DNA of 63,600 bases, counting the filler, from Lama guanicoe (lineage: Eukaryota), in assembly GCA_013239625.1 (NCBI GenBank). It is 135 parts of 135 records of this genome, joined end to end, with 100 filler letters (N's around TTAATTAATTAA, not from the genome) between each part and the next. Parts side by side here need not be neighbours in the genome. Positions count along the whole stretch, not along the records: positions 49,988 to 50,360 come from PNXV01058630.1; positions 50,461 to 50,833 come from PNXV01058631.1; positions 50,934 to 51,306 come from PNXV01058632.1; positions 51,407 to 51,779 come from PNXV01058633.1; positions 51,880 to 52,252 come from PNXV01058634.1; positions 52,353 to 52,725 come from PNXV01058635.1; positions 52,826 to 53,198 come from PNXV01058636.1; positions 53,299 to 53,671 come from PNXV01058637.1; 127 more parts are not named here. One strand, given 5' to 3'. Each line of letters begins with the position of its first letter. Positions within the stretch are counted from its first letter, which is position 1. Below, piece by piece: positions 49,888 to 61,335 of this stretch. The notes under the pieces were generated by a model. That model worked only from the letters and a program-made list of their open reading frames with translations. It was not told the DNA's origin and did not search any database. Both the position numbers and the translations under genes were made by a program.

Positions 49888-50489
49888 NNNNNNNNNNNNN
49901 NNNNNNNNNNNNNNNNNNNNNNNNNNNNNNNTTAATTAATTAANNNNNNNNNNNNNNNNNNNNNNNNNNNNNNNNNNNNNNNNNNNNTTGAACAGAGTTG
50001 TATAGAGGTGGAGTTAAATCAGAAGAAAATGAATGAGCAGTCTTATCAAAGAATATAGATTGTTTTTATTGAGGCTTAGCCTTAGCATGCTAAGAAACCA
50101 AACAAAATTATTTTTCTTTTTCTTTAACCAATTAAATTTTTTATGTAACAAAAGATACCATTTACATTAGAAATAAAACTTTATTCTGATATTTGCTGTT
50201 GGACTTACTTTTACTTTCTTTTTTTTTTCTGACAAAAGTTTATTACTTTGACACATAAAAGAGATGAAATGCTTCATCCCATTCAAATTCTAGAACAAGA
50301 ATGAATCACTTATTTCCATATTTCTAAGCCATATATGCGAAGAAAGAATTTCAGAGACATNNNNNNNNNNNNNNNNNNNNNNNNNNNNNNNNNNNNNNNN
50401 NNNNTTAATTAATTAANNNNNNNNNNNNNNNNNNNNNNNNNNNNNNNNNNNNNNNNNNNNTGGCTCATCTAGACACTAATCCCAAGACA

Positions 50490-50590
50490 CAACCATTGCT
50501 TAGTAGGTGAGAAAGCTGAGCTCAAAGAGTGTAAGTGATTTGCCCAAGTCCACGACGTTGGTCAGGGTAGAGCTGGAATTTGGACTTGAT
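50490..50590 (-). mobile_element. MIR SINE
   Basis: 'gaaagctgagctcaaagagtgtaagtgatttgcccaagtccac..agagctggaatttggac'. Confidence 0.7.
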
Positions 50591-50933
50591 GTCTTCTGAG
50601 GCACTGCACCCAGTGTCGCACCAATGTGCCTCCCCCTTGGCGTCTGTCCAGGATGCTCACTCAGGAGCCTGGACAAGTCATCTGAAAATGGGGGTTATTT
50701 TACATTAATAGCAAATGCAAGTCCTCTTGTCCTAGGTGATTGGGACTGGTAGTCAGCCGAGTAGTCGAAAAATTTGGTCCAGCTGGAAAAAATCATAAAA
50801 CAGGACACATATAATCTTATTTTAATGTGGATCNNNNNNNNNNNNNNNNNNNNNNNNNNNNNNNNNNNNNNNNNNNNTTAATTAATTAANNNNNNNNNNN
50901 NNNNNNNNNNNNNNNNNNNNNNNNNNNNNNNNN

Positions 50934-51062
50934 CTATGTTGAAAAAGGATAAGAAAAGGAATATATATAGTATATATTTAAAACTGAATCACTATGTTTT
51001 ACATCAGAAACTGACACATTATAAACTGAGTATACCACAATAAAAAATAAATACATAAAAAT
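50934..51062 (+). mobile_element. L1 3' terminus with A-rich tail
   Basis: 'aactgaatcactatgttttacatcagaaactgacacattataaactgagtatac..aataaaaaataaa'. Confidence 0.85.
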
Positions 51063-51439
51063 TTCTATTATAAGGATTTTATATAGTCTTTCTCAGTTTA
51101 ATTTCTACATTTTTATCATTTTTGTGGCTATTTTCTTACATTACATTTTTTAAGTTATTCATTACTGATTTAGATGAATGCTGAAGAAATGAATAAGTTG
51201 ACCTCATGTTCATCAAACTTATTCAGTTCTCTTATTAATTCATAATTTATTTATTCTGCTAGGGTTTCTATGGCAATCATGCCTCTGAAATGATAGAGTT
51301 TACTTTNNNNNNNNNNNNNNNNNNNNNNNNNNNNNNNNNNNNNNNNNNNNTTAATTAATTAANNNNNNNNNNNNNNNNNNNNNNNNNNNNNNNNNNNNNN
51401 NNNNNNCTTTGGGAAGACAAAATGGCACAGAGAGAAGCA

Positions 51440-51779
51440 GTATGAGAGAATTCAGGGTAAGGATAAAGGGGCATCATTATTGAGAAAGAGCTGGCCAAAG
51501 GCTGTGTGACTGGAGCATAACAGAGAAGGGAGAGGTGGAAGGGGATGAGGCTGAAAAGTGGTTAGGTACCAGACCAGGCAGAGACTTGTAAACCGGGGCT
51601 AGGAGTGTGGATTCCATCCTTAGTGCAGTGGTAATTCCAAGAAGGTCTTAGGCGAGGCCTGGCATCATATAACTTTGCCTTTTTAGTAGTCTCTTCAGCT
51701 GCAGCATGGAGAATGGATTATAGCTTGCCCAGGATTCAGACCAGGGAGGCTAGTGAGGAGGCTTTTGCAGTCTGGATGA
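51440..51779 (-). mobile_element. L2 fragment
   Basis: 'gatgaggctgaaaagtgg..ccagaccaggcagagacttgtaaacc..aggagtgtggattccatcct..ggaggctagtgaggaggcttttgcagt'. Confidence 0.7.
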
Positions 51780-52352
51780 NNNNNNNNNNNNNNNNNNNNN
51801 NNNNNNNNNNNNNNNNNNNNNNNTTAATTAATTAANNNNNNNNNNNNNNNNNNNNNNNNNNNNNNNNNNNNNNNNNNNNCATGTGTAGGTATTAGGATTC
51901 GAGAGAAAAGTAAGCATAGCTGGGCTTTCTAAATAATCAAAAAGAGAACAAAAGGGTTCTACACATGAAATGACTTTACCTTCTTATTTTGGAGATTGGT
52001 GGGTGCCTAGTTTATCTGCTACATTACATGCTAGAGCAAAACCTGTCAGTCGGCATGTATGGCAAACTTAACACAAACCACTAATGAAGTCTGCTGCTTA
52101 TGCTCATCCAGGGGAGGGAAATATTGGGGAAACAGGCCTACACACCTGCAGAGAAAACACCTACCAGGTATCTATTAAGCAGCCTGATTTCCCACTTAAA
52201 AACGCAACAAGCCATCCCAACCACCTGGCAATTTAGGGAAAGAAAAAAAAAANNNNNNNNNNNNNNNNNNNNNNNNNNNNNNNNNNNNNNNNNNNNTTAA
52301 TTAATTAANNNNNNNNNNNNNNNNNNNNNNNNNNNNNNNNNNNNNNNNNNNN

Positions 52353-52724
52353 GGCCAGGTGGGAAGAACAAGTCCGGAACGCCTTGCTCCTCCCTTCGCG
52401 GGACTGGATGGCCAGCACTGCCTTGGCAATGTGGCCACAGGAGATGAGGATGAGCAGGATTGGCCCCATTAGGAAGACAGCACCAATCACTGAGATCTGG
52501 AGCTCATTGACGTGCGTGTCCCCACAGGCCAGGCGGATCAGTGCAGGGACCTCACAGACAAAGCCATCCACCTGGTGATGATGGCAGAAGGGTAGCTTCA
52601 TGGTGGTGGGTGACTGCACCAAGGTTCCAAAAATCCCACTTGCCCAGACCAGGAATGCTAGTTTGTGACACAGCTGTGGGTGCATGATGGCTGCATAGTG
52701 TAGGGGTTGGTACACCGCCACATA
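52353..52724 (-). CDS. Olfactory receptor family 2 (OR2H-like), TM3 end to TM6; partial, open across the contig
   Basis: YVAVYQPLHY..LPFCHHHQVDGFVCEVPALIRLACGDT..KAFRTCSSHL. Note YVAVC changed to YVAVY and the TM5 SY to SC. Confidence 0.9.
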
Positions 52725-52922
52725 CNNNNNNNNNNNNNNNNNNNNNNNNNNNNNNNNNNNNNNNNNNNNTTAATTAATTAANNNNNNNNNNNNNNNNNNN
52801 NNNNNNNNNNNNNNNNNNNNNNNNNGAAAAGGTATTTCTATATTTAGTGCCCTCAAAATTAAGGTTAAAGTAATCATTATTTTAAACACACTCCACCCCC
52901 TCCTTTTTAAATACAGGTTAAA

Positions 52923-53087
52923 CACAGGCTTTGGAGTCAGAATTGAGTTCAAATCCCAGCTCTGCTTCTTTCTAGCTTGATGACTTAGGACAAGTTATAT
53001 AACTTCTCTGTGCCTTGGTTTCCTCATCTGTAAAATGTGGTAATAATAATAATACCTATCACATAAGGTTACTGTGAGGATTAAATA
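52923..53087 (+). mobile_element. MIR SINE
   Basis: 'ggctttggagtcaga..gagttcaaatcccagctctgc..tgacttaggacaagtta..ggtttcctcatctgtaaaatg'. Confidence 0.92.
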
Positions 53088-53494
53088 TTAATTGCTGATC
53101 ATAGATACCTGGCAATCCAAAAGGTGTTAGTTGTGATTATGTTTATAATCTGCAAAAGTACACTAATGATTCTTGAGTAGAGTTAATTAACTTAAAGGNN
53201 NNNNNNNNNNNNNNNNNNNNNNNNNNNNNNNNNNNNNNNNNNTTAATTAATTAANNNNNNNNNNNNNNNNNNNNNNNNNNNNNNNNNNNNNNNNNNNNTT
53301 CCTGGGTAAAATGAAGATAATATCTCAGGAGGTGACAAGCTCATTTAGGGCAGGAGCCATGTTGTCTTGTTCACTGCTGAATCCCAGACACCGGGAAGGC
53401 TGAGTTTAATGAGTGAGTGAATGAATGAACTGTAGTTCCACCAGAGATACCATGTGGGGCAGTGCAGATTAGCAGCAAAGAGTATAGACTAGAG

Positions 53495-53656
53495 AGGGGA
53501 TGGTACAGCTTAAGTGACGGGATGCCTGCTTAGCACGCACAAGGTCCTGGTTTCAGCCCCCAACACCTCCTCTAAATAGACAGATAACCCTAATTACCTC
53601 CCCACTCCCCACCAGAATTACCTTATTATATCCCTCCCACCAAAAAAAAAAAAAAA
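53495..53656 (+). mobile_element. Camelid tRNA-derived SINE (Vic-1-like)
   Basis: 'ggtacagcttaagtg..gcctgcttagcacgcacaaggtcctggtttcagcccccaacacctcctctaaata..cctaattacctcccc' followed by poly(A). Confidence 0.85.
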
Positions 53657-53959
53657 GGGAAGAGACCAAGANNNNNNNNNNNNNNNNNNNNNNNNNNNNN
53701 NNNNNNNNNNNNNNNTTAATTAATTAANNNNNNNNNNNNNNNNNNNNNNNNNNNNNNNNNNNNNNNNNNNNCCTCTCCCCCAGGAAGATGTTTTTTGATG
53801 AGTCAAATTCTGCAGCATAAATCTGTGTGGTAAAGGAGAAATTCCATTCACATGTGATTATATAGGCATATCTTGACATAGTGCTTTGCACTATGTGTCA
53901 CAATTACTTTGACTTCCAGGAACTACATCAGTTATTACAAAATAATGGGTCTTTGAGTC

Positions 53960-54142
53960 AGCTGGAGATTGTCATCCTTTGTGAAGTAAGCCAGAAAGAG
54001 AAAGAATAATGCCATATAACATCACTCATATGTGGAGTCTAAAGAAAAAGGACAGTATGAACTCATCTACAAAACAGAAACAGACTCACAGATGTAAACA
54101 ATCTTATGGTTACCGGGAGAAAAGGGGTGGGAAGGGATAAAT
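53960..54142 (+). mobile_element. L1 ORF2 end / 3' UTR
   Basis: 'gtgaagtaagccagaaagagaaagaa..atgaactcatctacaaaacagaaacagactcacaga..ggtgggaagggataaat'. Confidence 0.9.
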
Positions 54143-55661
54143 NNNNNNNNNNNNNNNNNNNNNNNNNNNNNNNNNNNNNNNNNNNNTTAATTAATTAANN
54201 NNNNNNNNNNNNNNNNNNNNNNNNNNNNNNNNNNNNNNNNNNAGGGGGACCCAGATGCAGCCTGCCGGCCTCTAACTCCCGACTTTTGACCGGTGTAAAA
54301 TCTCCTCCAGATGTGCGGTGGGCCCAAGTTGGGAGTCTGCAACTGACTCTGCAGACACGAAATAGTAACAAGAAAAAAACTCCAAGTGCAGCCAACATGT
54401 GTTGCAGAGTCTGCCCGGTCTTCCGCGACTGAGACAATGAGATCGGGGACCAGGAAAGGGACAGTGACCCCGTTCCTCACCAGCCCGCGCAGCACACGTG
54501 CCCCTCGACAGAATTATTTCTCCCTCCCACAGAACCCAGAGCAAAACCCGAGCTTCTGCCCAGTTCAGAGAGACTCTGGCATGACTGGGGTCCACCCCTC
54601 TTTCCTCAGTTAGTTNNNNNNNNNNNNNNNNNNNNNNNNNNNNNNNNNNNNNNNNNNNNTTAATTAATTAANNNNNNNNNNNNNNNNNNNNNNNNNNNNN
54701 NNNNNNNNNNNNNNNGAGCCAGGGCACCCAGCCGAACATCCTGCTAGCTCAGGGCTTTTGCAAGTCTACAGGCTCTTGGAGGCAGAGGATTAGGGAAAAA
54801 ATAAAAAAGTTTGGTGCTTTAAAAATTGTGAATTAACTGGATAACCAAAGTACCTTGGCCCTTGACTTCAAATCTCTAATACAGATCTTGTCTGAGGGCT
54901 CTTGAGACGTGTGCCCTGCAGAGTTTCTCAGGCGCAAATGAATGATCCGTCTTAAGTATGCGATTTGGGAGAGGGATGGTAGAGGGGGGAGATTGGAGAT
55001 GGGAATTGAGTTTCAGGGAGACTCAGAGATCCTTCAAATGGAAGGGAGTTTAGTCCCATTGCATTTGGTCTCCCACTCACCTGTTCATNNNNNNNNNNNN
55101 NNNNNNNNNNNNNNNNNNNNNNNNNNNNNNNNTTAATTAATTAANNNNNNNNNNNNNNNNNNNNNNNNNNNNNNNNNNNNNNNNNNNNCCATAGTTAAAA
55201 CAAGTTACCGGGGTTTAATTTTAGACAAAGCCTTTTTGTTTTACTGTTTGTAGTTAGATCATCTTCCTGCTAAGAAACACAGGCTCACATGGAAATAGCT
55301 CAATCAGCATTCTTTGGCCCTTTTATAACCCCAAATGCATCTCCGTGTCTTGGCTTAGCTAGAGTTTCCATCAGCATGTCACAGAATATAGGTCGCATGC
55401 TAACTGCCACCTTATCTCCTTCTGTCAAACCCACCGGATGTTCACCTTAGTGATTTATCAAAATGTTTTTCATCAGTTCCTTTTTTAAAGCTATCAAACC
55501 CGTCGAAAATCGCTCTCTGTAAAACTGAGGGAGATTGACTTTGTCAAAATAATTACAGAAGNNNNNNNNNNNNNNNNNNNNNNNNNNNNNNNNNNNNNNN
55601 NNNNNTTAATTAATTAANNNNNNNNNNNNNNNNNNNNNNNNNNNNNNNNNNNNNNNNNNNN

Positions 55662-56032
55662 ATAAGTAAAACATAAAGACAACCTACGGAATGGGAGAAA
55701 ATTTTTGCAAATGCAACCGACAAATGCTTGTTCTCCAGAATATATAAGCAGCTCATACGATTTAATAAGAATAAAACCAAACAAACAATGCAATCCAAAA
55801 ATGGGCAAAAGACCTAAACAAGAAATTTCCAAAGAAGACATACGAAAGATCAAGAGGCATATGAAAAAATGCTCAATATCACTGATTATCAAAGAATTGC
55901 AAATCAAAACTACAATGAATGGCATTCAAAAGTCCACAAATGACAAATGCTGGAGAGCTGTGGAGAAAAGGGAACCCTCCAAAACTGCTGGTGGGAATGC
56001 AGTTTAGTGCAGCCACTGTGGAAAACAGTATG
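55662..56032 (+). mobile_element. L1 ORF2 C-terminal (cysteine-rich) region
   Basis: QPTEWEKIFA..HMKKCSISLIIKELQIKTTM..KCWR..EKREP. Confidence 0.93.
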
Positions 56033-56605
56033 NNNNNNNNNNNNNNNNNNNNNNNNNNNNNNNNNNNNNNNNNNNNTTAATTAATTAANNNNNNNNNNNN
56101 NNNNNNNNNNNNNNNNNNNNNNNNNNNNNNNNTCTTTCCGAGCAGAGCTCCGGCGCCCGCCGGGCCTGCGGGAGGCGGGGGCAGCCCAGGCTCTGAGGAC
56201 AACCTTGGTGCCATCAGGGGACTGGGGATGACCAGAGGCAAGGGATGGGGTCTGCCAGAGGCAGCAGCTCCCTAGGGTCCAGTGTCGAGCCAGCACCTGC
56301 TCAGGCTGGAGTGTGCAGAGGACACTGGTAGAGCCTCCCAGGGACCCTCACGGAAATGAATACATAGTTCTTCCCACCTCTGTCCAAGCCCAACTGTGGG
56401 ACAGTGGCAGGTCCTTATCCCCGCAGTTCCCGACCCCGGGGCCTCAAAGGCCCACGTGCTGACACCCTGTCAACATGGGATCCACGCCAGGCCAGCAATG
56501 GGGGCNNNNNNNNNNNNNNNNNNNNNNNNNNNNNNNNNNNNNNNNNNNNTTAATTAATTAANNNNNNNNNNNNNNNNNNNNNNNNNNNNNNNNNNNNNNN
56601 NNNNN

Positions 56606-56635
56606 GGAGCAGGTGGACAGGGCCGGCGCGGCCAT
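56606..56635 (-). CDS. First 10 codons of a keratin-associated protein (KRTAP10-like, ultra-high-sulfur)
   Basis: Kozak gccATGg; MAAPALSTCS resembles the KRTAP10 N-terminus (MAAxxxSxCSSD); CA/CTCA-rich short 5' UTR as in KRTAP10/12 genes. Confidence 0.7.
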
Positions 56636-56720
56636 GGCGGGGGCGGTGGGGCTGGAGGAGGGTGAGTGTGTGAGCCTGAGTGTGAGTGCGAGGGAGTGTG
56701 AGGTGCCTAGGGGTGCCGGG

Positions 56721-56728
56721 CTTTTATA
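56721..56728 (-). promoter_or_regulatory. TATA box of the KRTAP-like gene
   Basis: TATAAAAG about 86 nt upstream of the ATG. Confidence 0.75.
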
Positions 56729-57551
56729 CCCCTCCCTGGCCTGTGTCGTCCCAGCAGGAGGCTCCACGCCCGCACTTCCTCGTTGGTGTTGACAGCTGGT
56801 TGCGGGAGCCTTCATTAGTGCTGGCGTATTTTCAATAGTTTTACTCACTAAACTTGTGAGTATGAATGTCCTGAGTTGCAGGATGTTTCCCGTCTCTCCT
56901 GTGTTTGGCTCAAAAAAAGTTATGGAAAACATTTGAGGCAAGGTTATGCTGAGCTGAGGCCTAGAGGTGAACACTTCTNNNNNNNNNNNNNNNNNNNNNN
57001 NNNNNNNNNNNNNNNNNNNNNNTTAATTAATTAANNNNNNNNNNNNNNNNNNNNNNNNNNNNNNNNNNNNNNNNNNNNTTATTCAAGAAGATAGTCTTTT
57101 AACTCAATATTGGGAAACAGATCTTTACATTGTTTGGGGCTTGTTATCTGAGGACAACAAATAGATTTCATGATTTTTTTTTTCAATTCAGAATAAGGTA
57201 CGGTCTGCATAGAGTGTTCTGGAGCTTGGACAGTAAAGCCAAAAGAAGTATTAAAAATAGCTTGACAGTAACTGACCTACTTATTGCAGCTTTCAGACAG
57301 GACCTGGTTAAAAACCAGCATCTTTAGTTCGTATTTACACTTCATCAGTGGTGCTCTCACTCAAGCAAATGAAGATAATCACTAAAGTAGATTGTATTCT
57401 GCTCTTTCTACCCCCATGTTCAGCATTTAAGCAAAAGATAATCCTGACATGNNNNNNNNNNNNNNNNNNNNNNNNNNNNNNNNNNNNNNNNNNNNTTAAT
57501 TAATTAANNNNNNNNNNNNNNNNNNNNNNNNNNNNNNNNNNNNNNNNNNNN

Positions 57552-57924
57552 GGCCCGATGGGAGGTTGGCAATGGAGTATATTGCTGCTCAGGCCGTAAT
57601 TTCTTCCATAAGGCCATCAGCACCCCCAGTGGCTGGCCATCTAATTTTACACGGTCCAGGCCAGCTGCCAGTAAATCGCACCATATCTGTCGGCGATCTA
57701 GCTTTTGGGGCCCTCCCAAAATTGGAGCATTCCCCTTTTTCCTCCTCTGCGTGGACTTCCCTTTCTGAGTCACTGCATGGAAGGAGGGGGTCTTGGACTC
57801 ACCTTGAGTCTTCGCAGCACGTACCCCCTTTCGGCACACCTCTATGTCCCCCAGATGAGCCAGAGCCTCAGTTACTTCATGTATGGGGCGGTCTACATAC
57901 GGTGCTAGTAGCGCCGCCATAGTC
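57552..57924 (-). mobile_element. Class III endogenous retrovirus (ERV-S/HERVL18-like) gag C-terminal region, uninterrupted across the contig
   Basis: AALLAPYVDRPIHEVTEALAHLGD..GPQKLDRRQIWCDLLAAGLDRVKLDGQPLGVLMALWKKLRPEQQY resembles the recalled class III Gag motif (T)RxQMWxDLxxAGVxREKIDxQPxxVLLxLWxxLxPEQQ. No CCHC knuckle in this fragment. Confidence 0.7.
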
Positions 57925-58497
57925 NNNNNNNNNNNNNNNNNNNNNNNNNNNNNNNNNNNNNNNNNNNNTTAATTAATTAANNNNNNNNNNNNNNNNNNNN
58001 NNNNNNNNNNNNNNNNNNNNNNNNTTATATATTGTGAAAGGAATCCATAGTTAATTAACAATACCACCACCTCACATTTTATCTTTTTAAAAAATGAGAA
58101 CCTTTTAAGTTCTACTTTTCTAGCAAATTTCAGTTAAATACAGTTTTATCAGTTATAGTCCCTATGTTATACACTAGGTCCTCAGACTTTATATTATACA
58201 GACTTTATTTAAGTTGGAAGAACTTGAGACAATTAAATTGGGGGCAAACTTGTGACACCATGTAGATGCTTTTCTCTTTCAGAAAAGTTGCTAAGATCTG
58301 AACTAAGTTTATTTTCATTATATGAGGAATCAACCTTCAGAGACAACAAACTACCTTCTGCCTTGCTGTAAGTTAACAGAATTCATGTCTCTCTAAGNNN
58401 NNNNNNNNNNNNNNNNNNNNNNNNNNNNNNNNNNNNNNNNNTTAATTAATTAANNNNNNNNNNNNNNNNNNNNNNNNNNNNNNNNNNNNNNNNNNNN

Positions 58498-58870
58498 CCA
58501 GAGCTGGGTGTGGGCATGACCACCGAGGGCATTGACGTTCGAAGTGTTGGCAATACCTTAGTCCTTCACCAGACTGCTCTGGTGGAAGCCTTCAACCTCA
58601 AGGCTGCCATAGAATACCAATTGAGAAACTATGAGGTGGCCCAGGAAACCCTCACTGACATGCCACCTAGGGCAGAGGAAGAATTAGACCCTGTGACACT
58701 GCACAACCAGGCACTAATGAACATGGATTCCAGGCCTACAGAAGGATTTGAAAAGCTACAGTTTTTGCTGCAACAGAACCCCTTTCCTCCAGAGACCTTT
58801 GGCAACCTGTTGCTGCTCTACTGTAAATATGAGTATTTTGACCTGGCAGCAGATGTCCTGGCAGAGAATG
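58498..58870 (+). CDS. TTC30A: Tetratricopeptide repeat protein 30 / IFT70, internal CDS fragment (closest to TTC30A as recalled; TTC30B not excluded)
   Basis: PELGVGMTTEGIDVRSVGNTLVLHQTALVEAFNLKAAIEYQLRNYEVAQETLTDMPPRAEEELDPVTLHNQALMNM..FPPETFGNLLLLYCKYEYFDLAADVLAEN; no intron or stop over 373 bp. Confidence 0.93.
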
Positions 58871-59584
58871 NNNNNNNNNNNNNNNNNNNNNNNNNNNNNN
58901 NNNNNNNNNNNNNNTTAATTAATTAANNNNNNNNNNNNNNNNNNNNNNNNNNNNNNNNNNNNNNNNNNNNTTTTTTTTTTTTAACACATATCTGACCTTA
59001 TTTAGAAAGATCAAGGAACAAGAAATTAAGTACAGAGCCCAGAGTTACCTTGGTGTTTGTGGATTGGCTGACGGGAGATAATTGCATTTCTGGTCAAGCA
59101 GAACATTTACAGGAACACAAAAGTTCAGTTTGCTGATGTGACGCCCTGGGAAGAAGCAACTCCACTTTGAGCCTAGAAATTTATTTTAACATGGGGAACA
59201 TCTCCCTGCAGAGAAAGGGGAGATTTACTTAGTAGCTAAACAAAGCAGTCATGAGCCTTAGGAAGAAGGGAGGGGGGTTCATCTGAATCATGCGAGAATG
59301 AGTCATTCTTCACAGTTAGTCCTTTACTGGGACAAAAAAAAAANNNNNNNNNNNNNNNNNNNNNNNNNNNNNNNNNNNNNNNNNNNNTTAATTAATTAAN
59401 NNNNNNNNNNNNNNNNNNNNNNNNNNNNNNNNNNNNNNNNNNNATATACAATATATTGCATGTAAATACATATACACAATATGCTGCACATACATTTTTA
59501 AAATTTACATATATGTCCTGTTCGTTGTTTCTAAGAATGTTTAGAGCTTTAGCTTTTTAAACTTACGTACTTATCAAAGGAATA

Positions 59585-59778
59585 GACCCAACCACTAAAT
59601 AAGAATTAATTCAAAAAGCTACGCACACCTTGCTGTTAACAGCAGCACTATACTTGCCAAGGCGTGGAAGCATCGTCAGTGCACATCAGTAGATGGATGG
59701 ATGAAGAAGATGCTCCGTATGTGTAATGGAACACAACTCACCCATTAGAAAGAAGGACATTTTGCCTTTTGCAGCCCT
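59585..59778 (+). mobile_element. L1 ORF2 end, diverged
   Basis: 'agcagcactatacttgccaaggcgtggaagca..agtagatggatggatgaagaagatg..gacattttgccttttgcagc'. Confidence 0.75.
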
Positions 59779-60389
59779 TCATTCACTTTTTTTTCCACTT
59801 CAAAAATCAGAATTTTNNNNNNNNNNNNNNNNNNNNNNNNNNNNNNNNNNNNNNNNNNNNTTAATTAATTAANNNNNNNNNNNNNNNNNNNNNNNNNNNN
59901 NNNNNNNNNNNNNNNNTTAAAATATGACCCATTTCCTATTCATCAGACAGAACAAACGCTGAAAACCTCCACCTTCCAGATACAGCTGCTTAAACAGCCA
60001 TCCATCCAAGTGACGCACGTTCACTAAGAGGTCCTCTTGGTTTGTCTGAAAGGTTTTTTCCAGCTTTCTAACAAAGTGGTAAAGGTGCCAAATCCTACAT
60101 TCAGCTTCAGCGGATTCAGTGATGAGTCGCATGCTGTGTGGCGGTCGGCACATGCCACCTCCCTCCTCTGCAGGTGCTGCTGGCTGCCGTGAGAGAACCC
60201 CAGCTCAGGGCACAGCCCTGCCGGGCAGAAGCCTGGCCAACCGCTCTTCACACAGGACTCTGCACACTGGACTTCAGAGTCACAAGCTANNNNNNNNNNN
60301 NNNNNNNNNNNNNNNNNNNNNNNNNNNNNNNNNTTAATTAATTAANNNNNNNNNNNNNNNNNNNNNNNNNNNNNNNNNNNNNNNNNNNN

Positions 60390-60762
60390 CTTTGATATCT
60401 CTGTCAGACTTTCTCAAATCAAATTCTAAATGAAGTTCATTTGTCCTTTAGCTAATTTGGGGCTACGTCAAAGGGCCCCTGGATATCTCAAAGAGAGAGA
60501 TTAAACTAATTAAGCTTATTTGTTCTGTTAAATTATGTGGGAAATATCATCAAATAAATAACATTAACCTTATTAAGTTATGTTCTATGGGTAAATATTC
60601 TTAATAGAAAGGTTCCAAAAATTGTACGACATTCCTAAAATTTGAAAGACCCTGGTATGTTGCCAGTCATAATTCTAGTTATTATCTTAAAATGTTGTAT
60701 GTCACAGAAGTAGCCAAATTTCATTGACAATTGCTTTATATTCAGGTCTCTAATCATTTTTT
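60390..60762. mobile_element. ERV1 (MER4-group-like) internal non-coding sequence
   Basis: 'cagtcataattctagttattatcttaaaatgttgtatgtcacagaagtagccaaattt' resembles MER4-group internal regions. Confidence 0.5.
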
Positions 60763-61099
60763 NNNNNNNNNNNNNNNNNNNNNNNNNNNNNNNNNNNNNN
60801 NNNNNNTTAATTAATTAANNNNNNNNNNNNNNNNNNNNNNNNNNNNNNNNNNNNNNNNNNNNTTTTTTTCTCTCAGAATGCATCAATTTCCAGATTTCCC
60901 AGGCCACCTTGTATTTATTCTTACAGTTTTTTAAAAAATCACCTTTAAGGGCTAGACTGATGGTATGTATCAGCTTAGTGAAGTCTTAATACTTTATCTT
61001 CTTGGTTAAAATGTGTTTTACGTCTCAAAGAAGAATGGGTGTATATACATTTGTGTGCATGTGTGTTTGGGTGTGTTTAGGTTGGGTTTTATGCAAAGA

Positions 61100-61235
61100 G
61101 ATAAATAGAAGACGCTGTGGGCTTTGCCAACCATAAGATCTGTCACAATCACTCTTTTCCACTATAGTAAGAAAACACTTCTAGACAATTTGTGCACAAA
61201 TGGACGTAAGTGGTTTTCTAATAACATTGCATTTA
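61100..61235. mobile_element. MER58A-like hAT-Charlie element
   Basis: 'gggctttgccaaccata..ctgtcacaatcactc..ctagacaatttgtgcacaaatggacgtaag..ctaataac'. Confidence 0.55.
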
Positions 61236-61335
61236 NNNNNNNNNNNNNNNNNNNNNNNNNNNNNNNNNNNNNNNNNNNNTTAATTAATTAANNNNNNNNN
61301 NNNNNNNNNNNNNNNNNNNNNNNNNNNNNNNNNNN

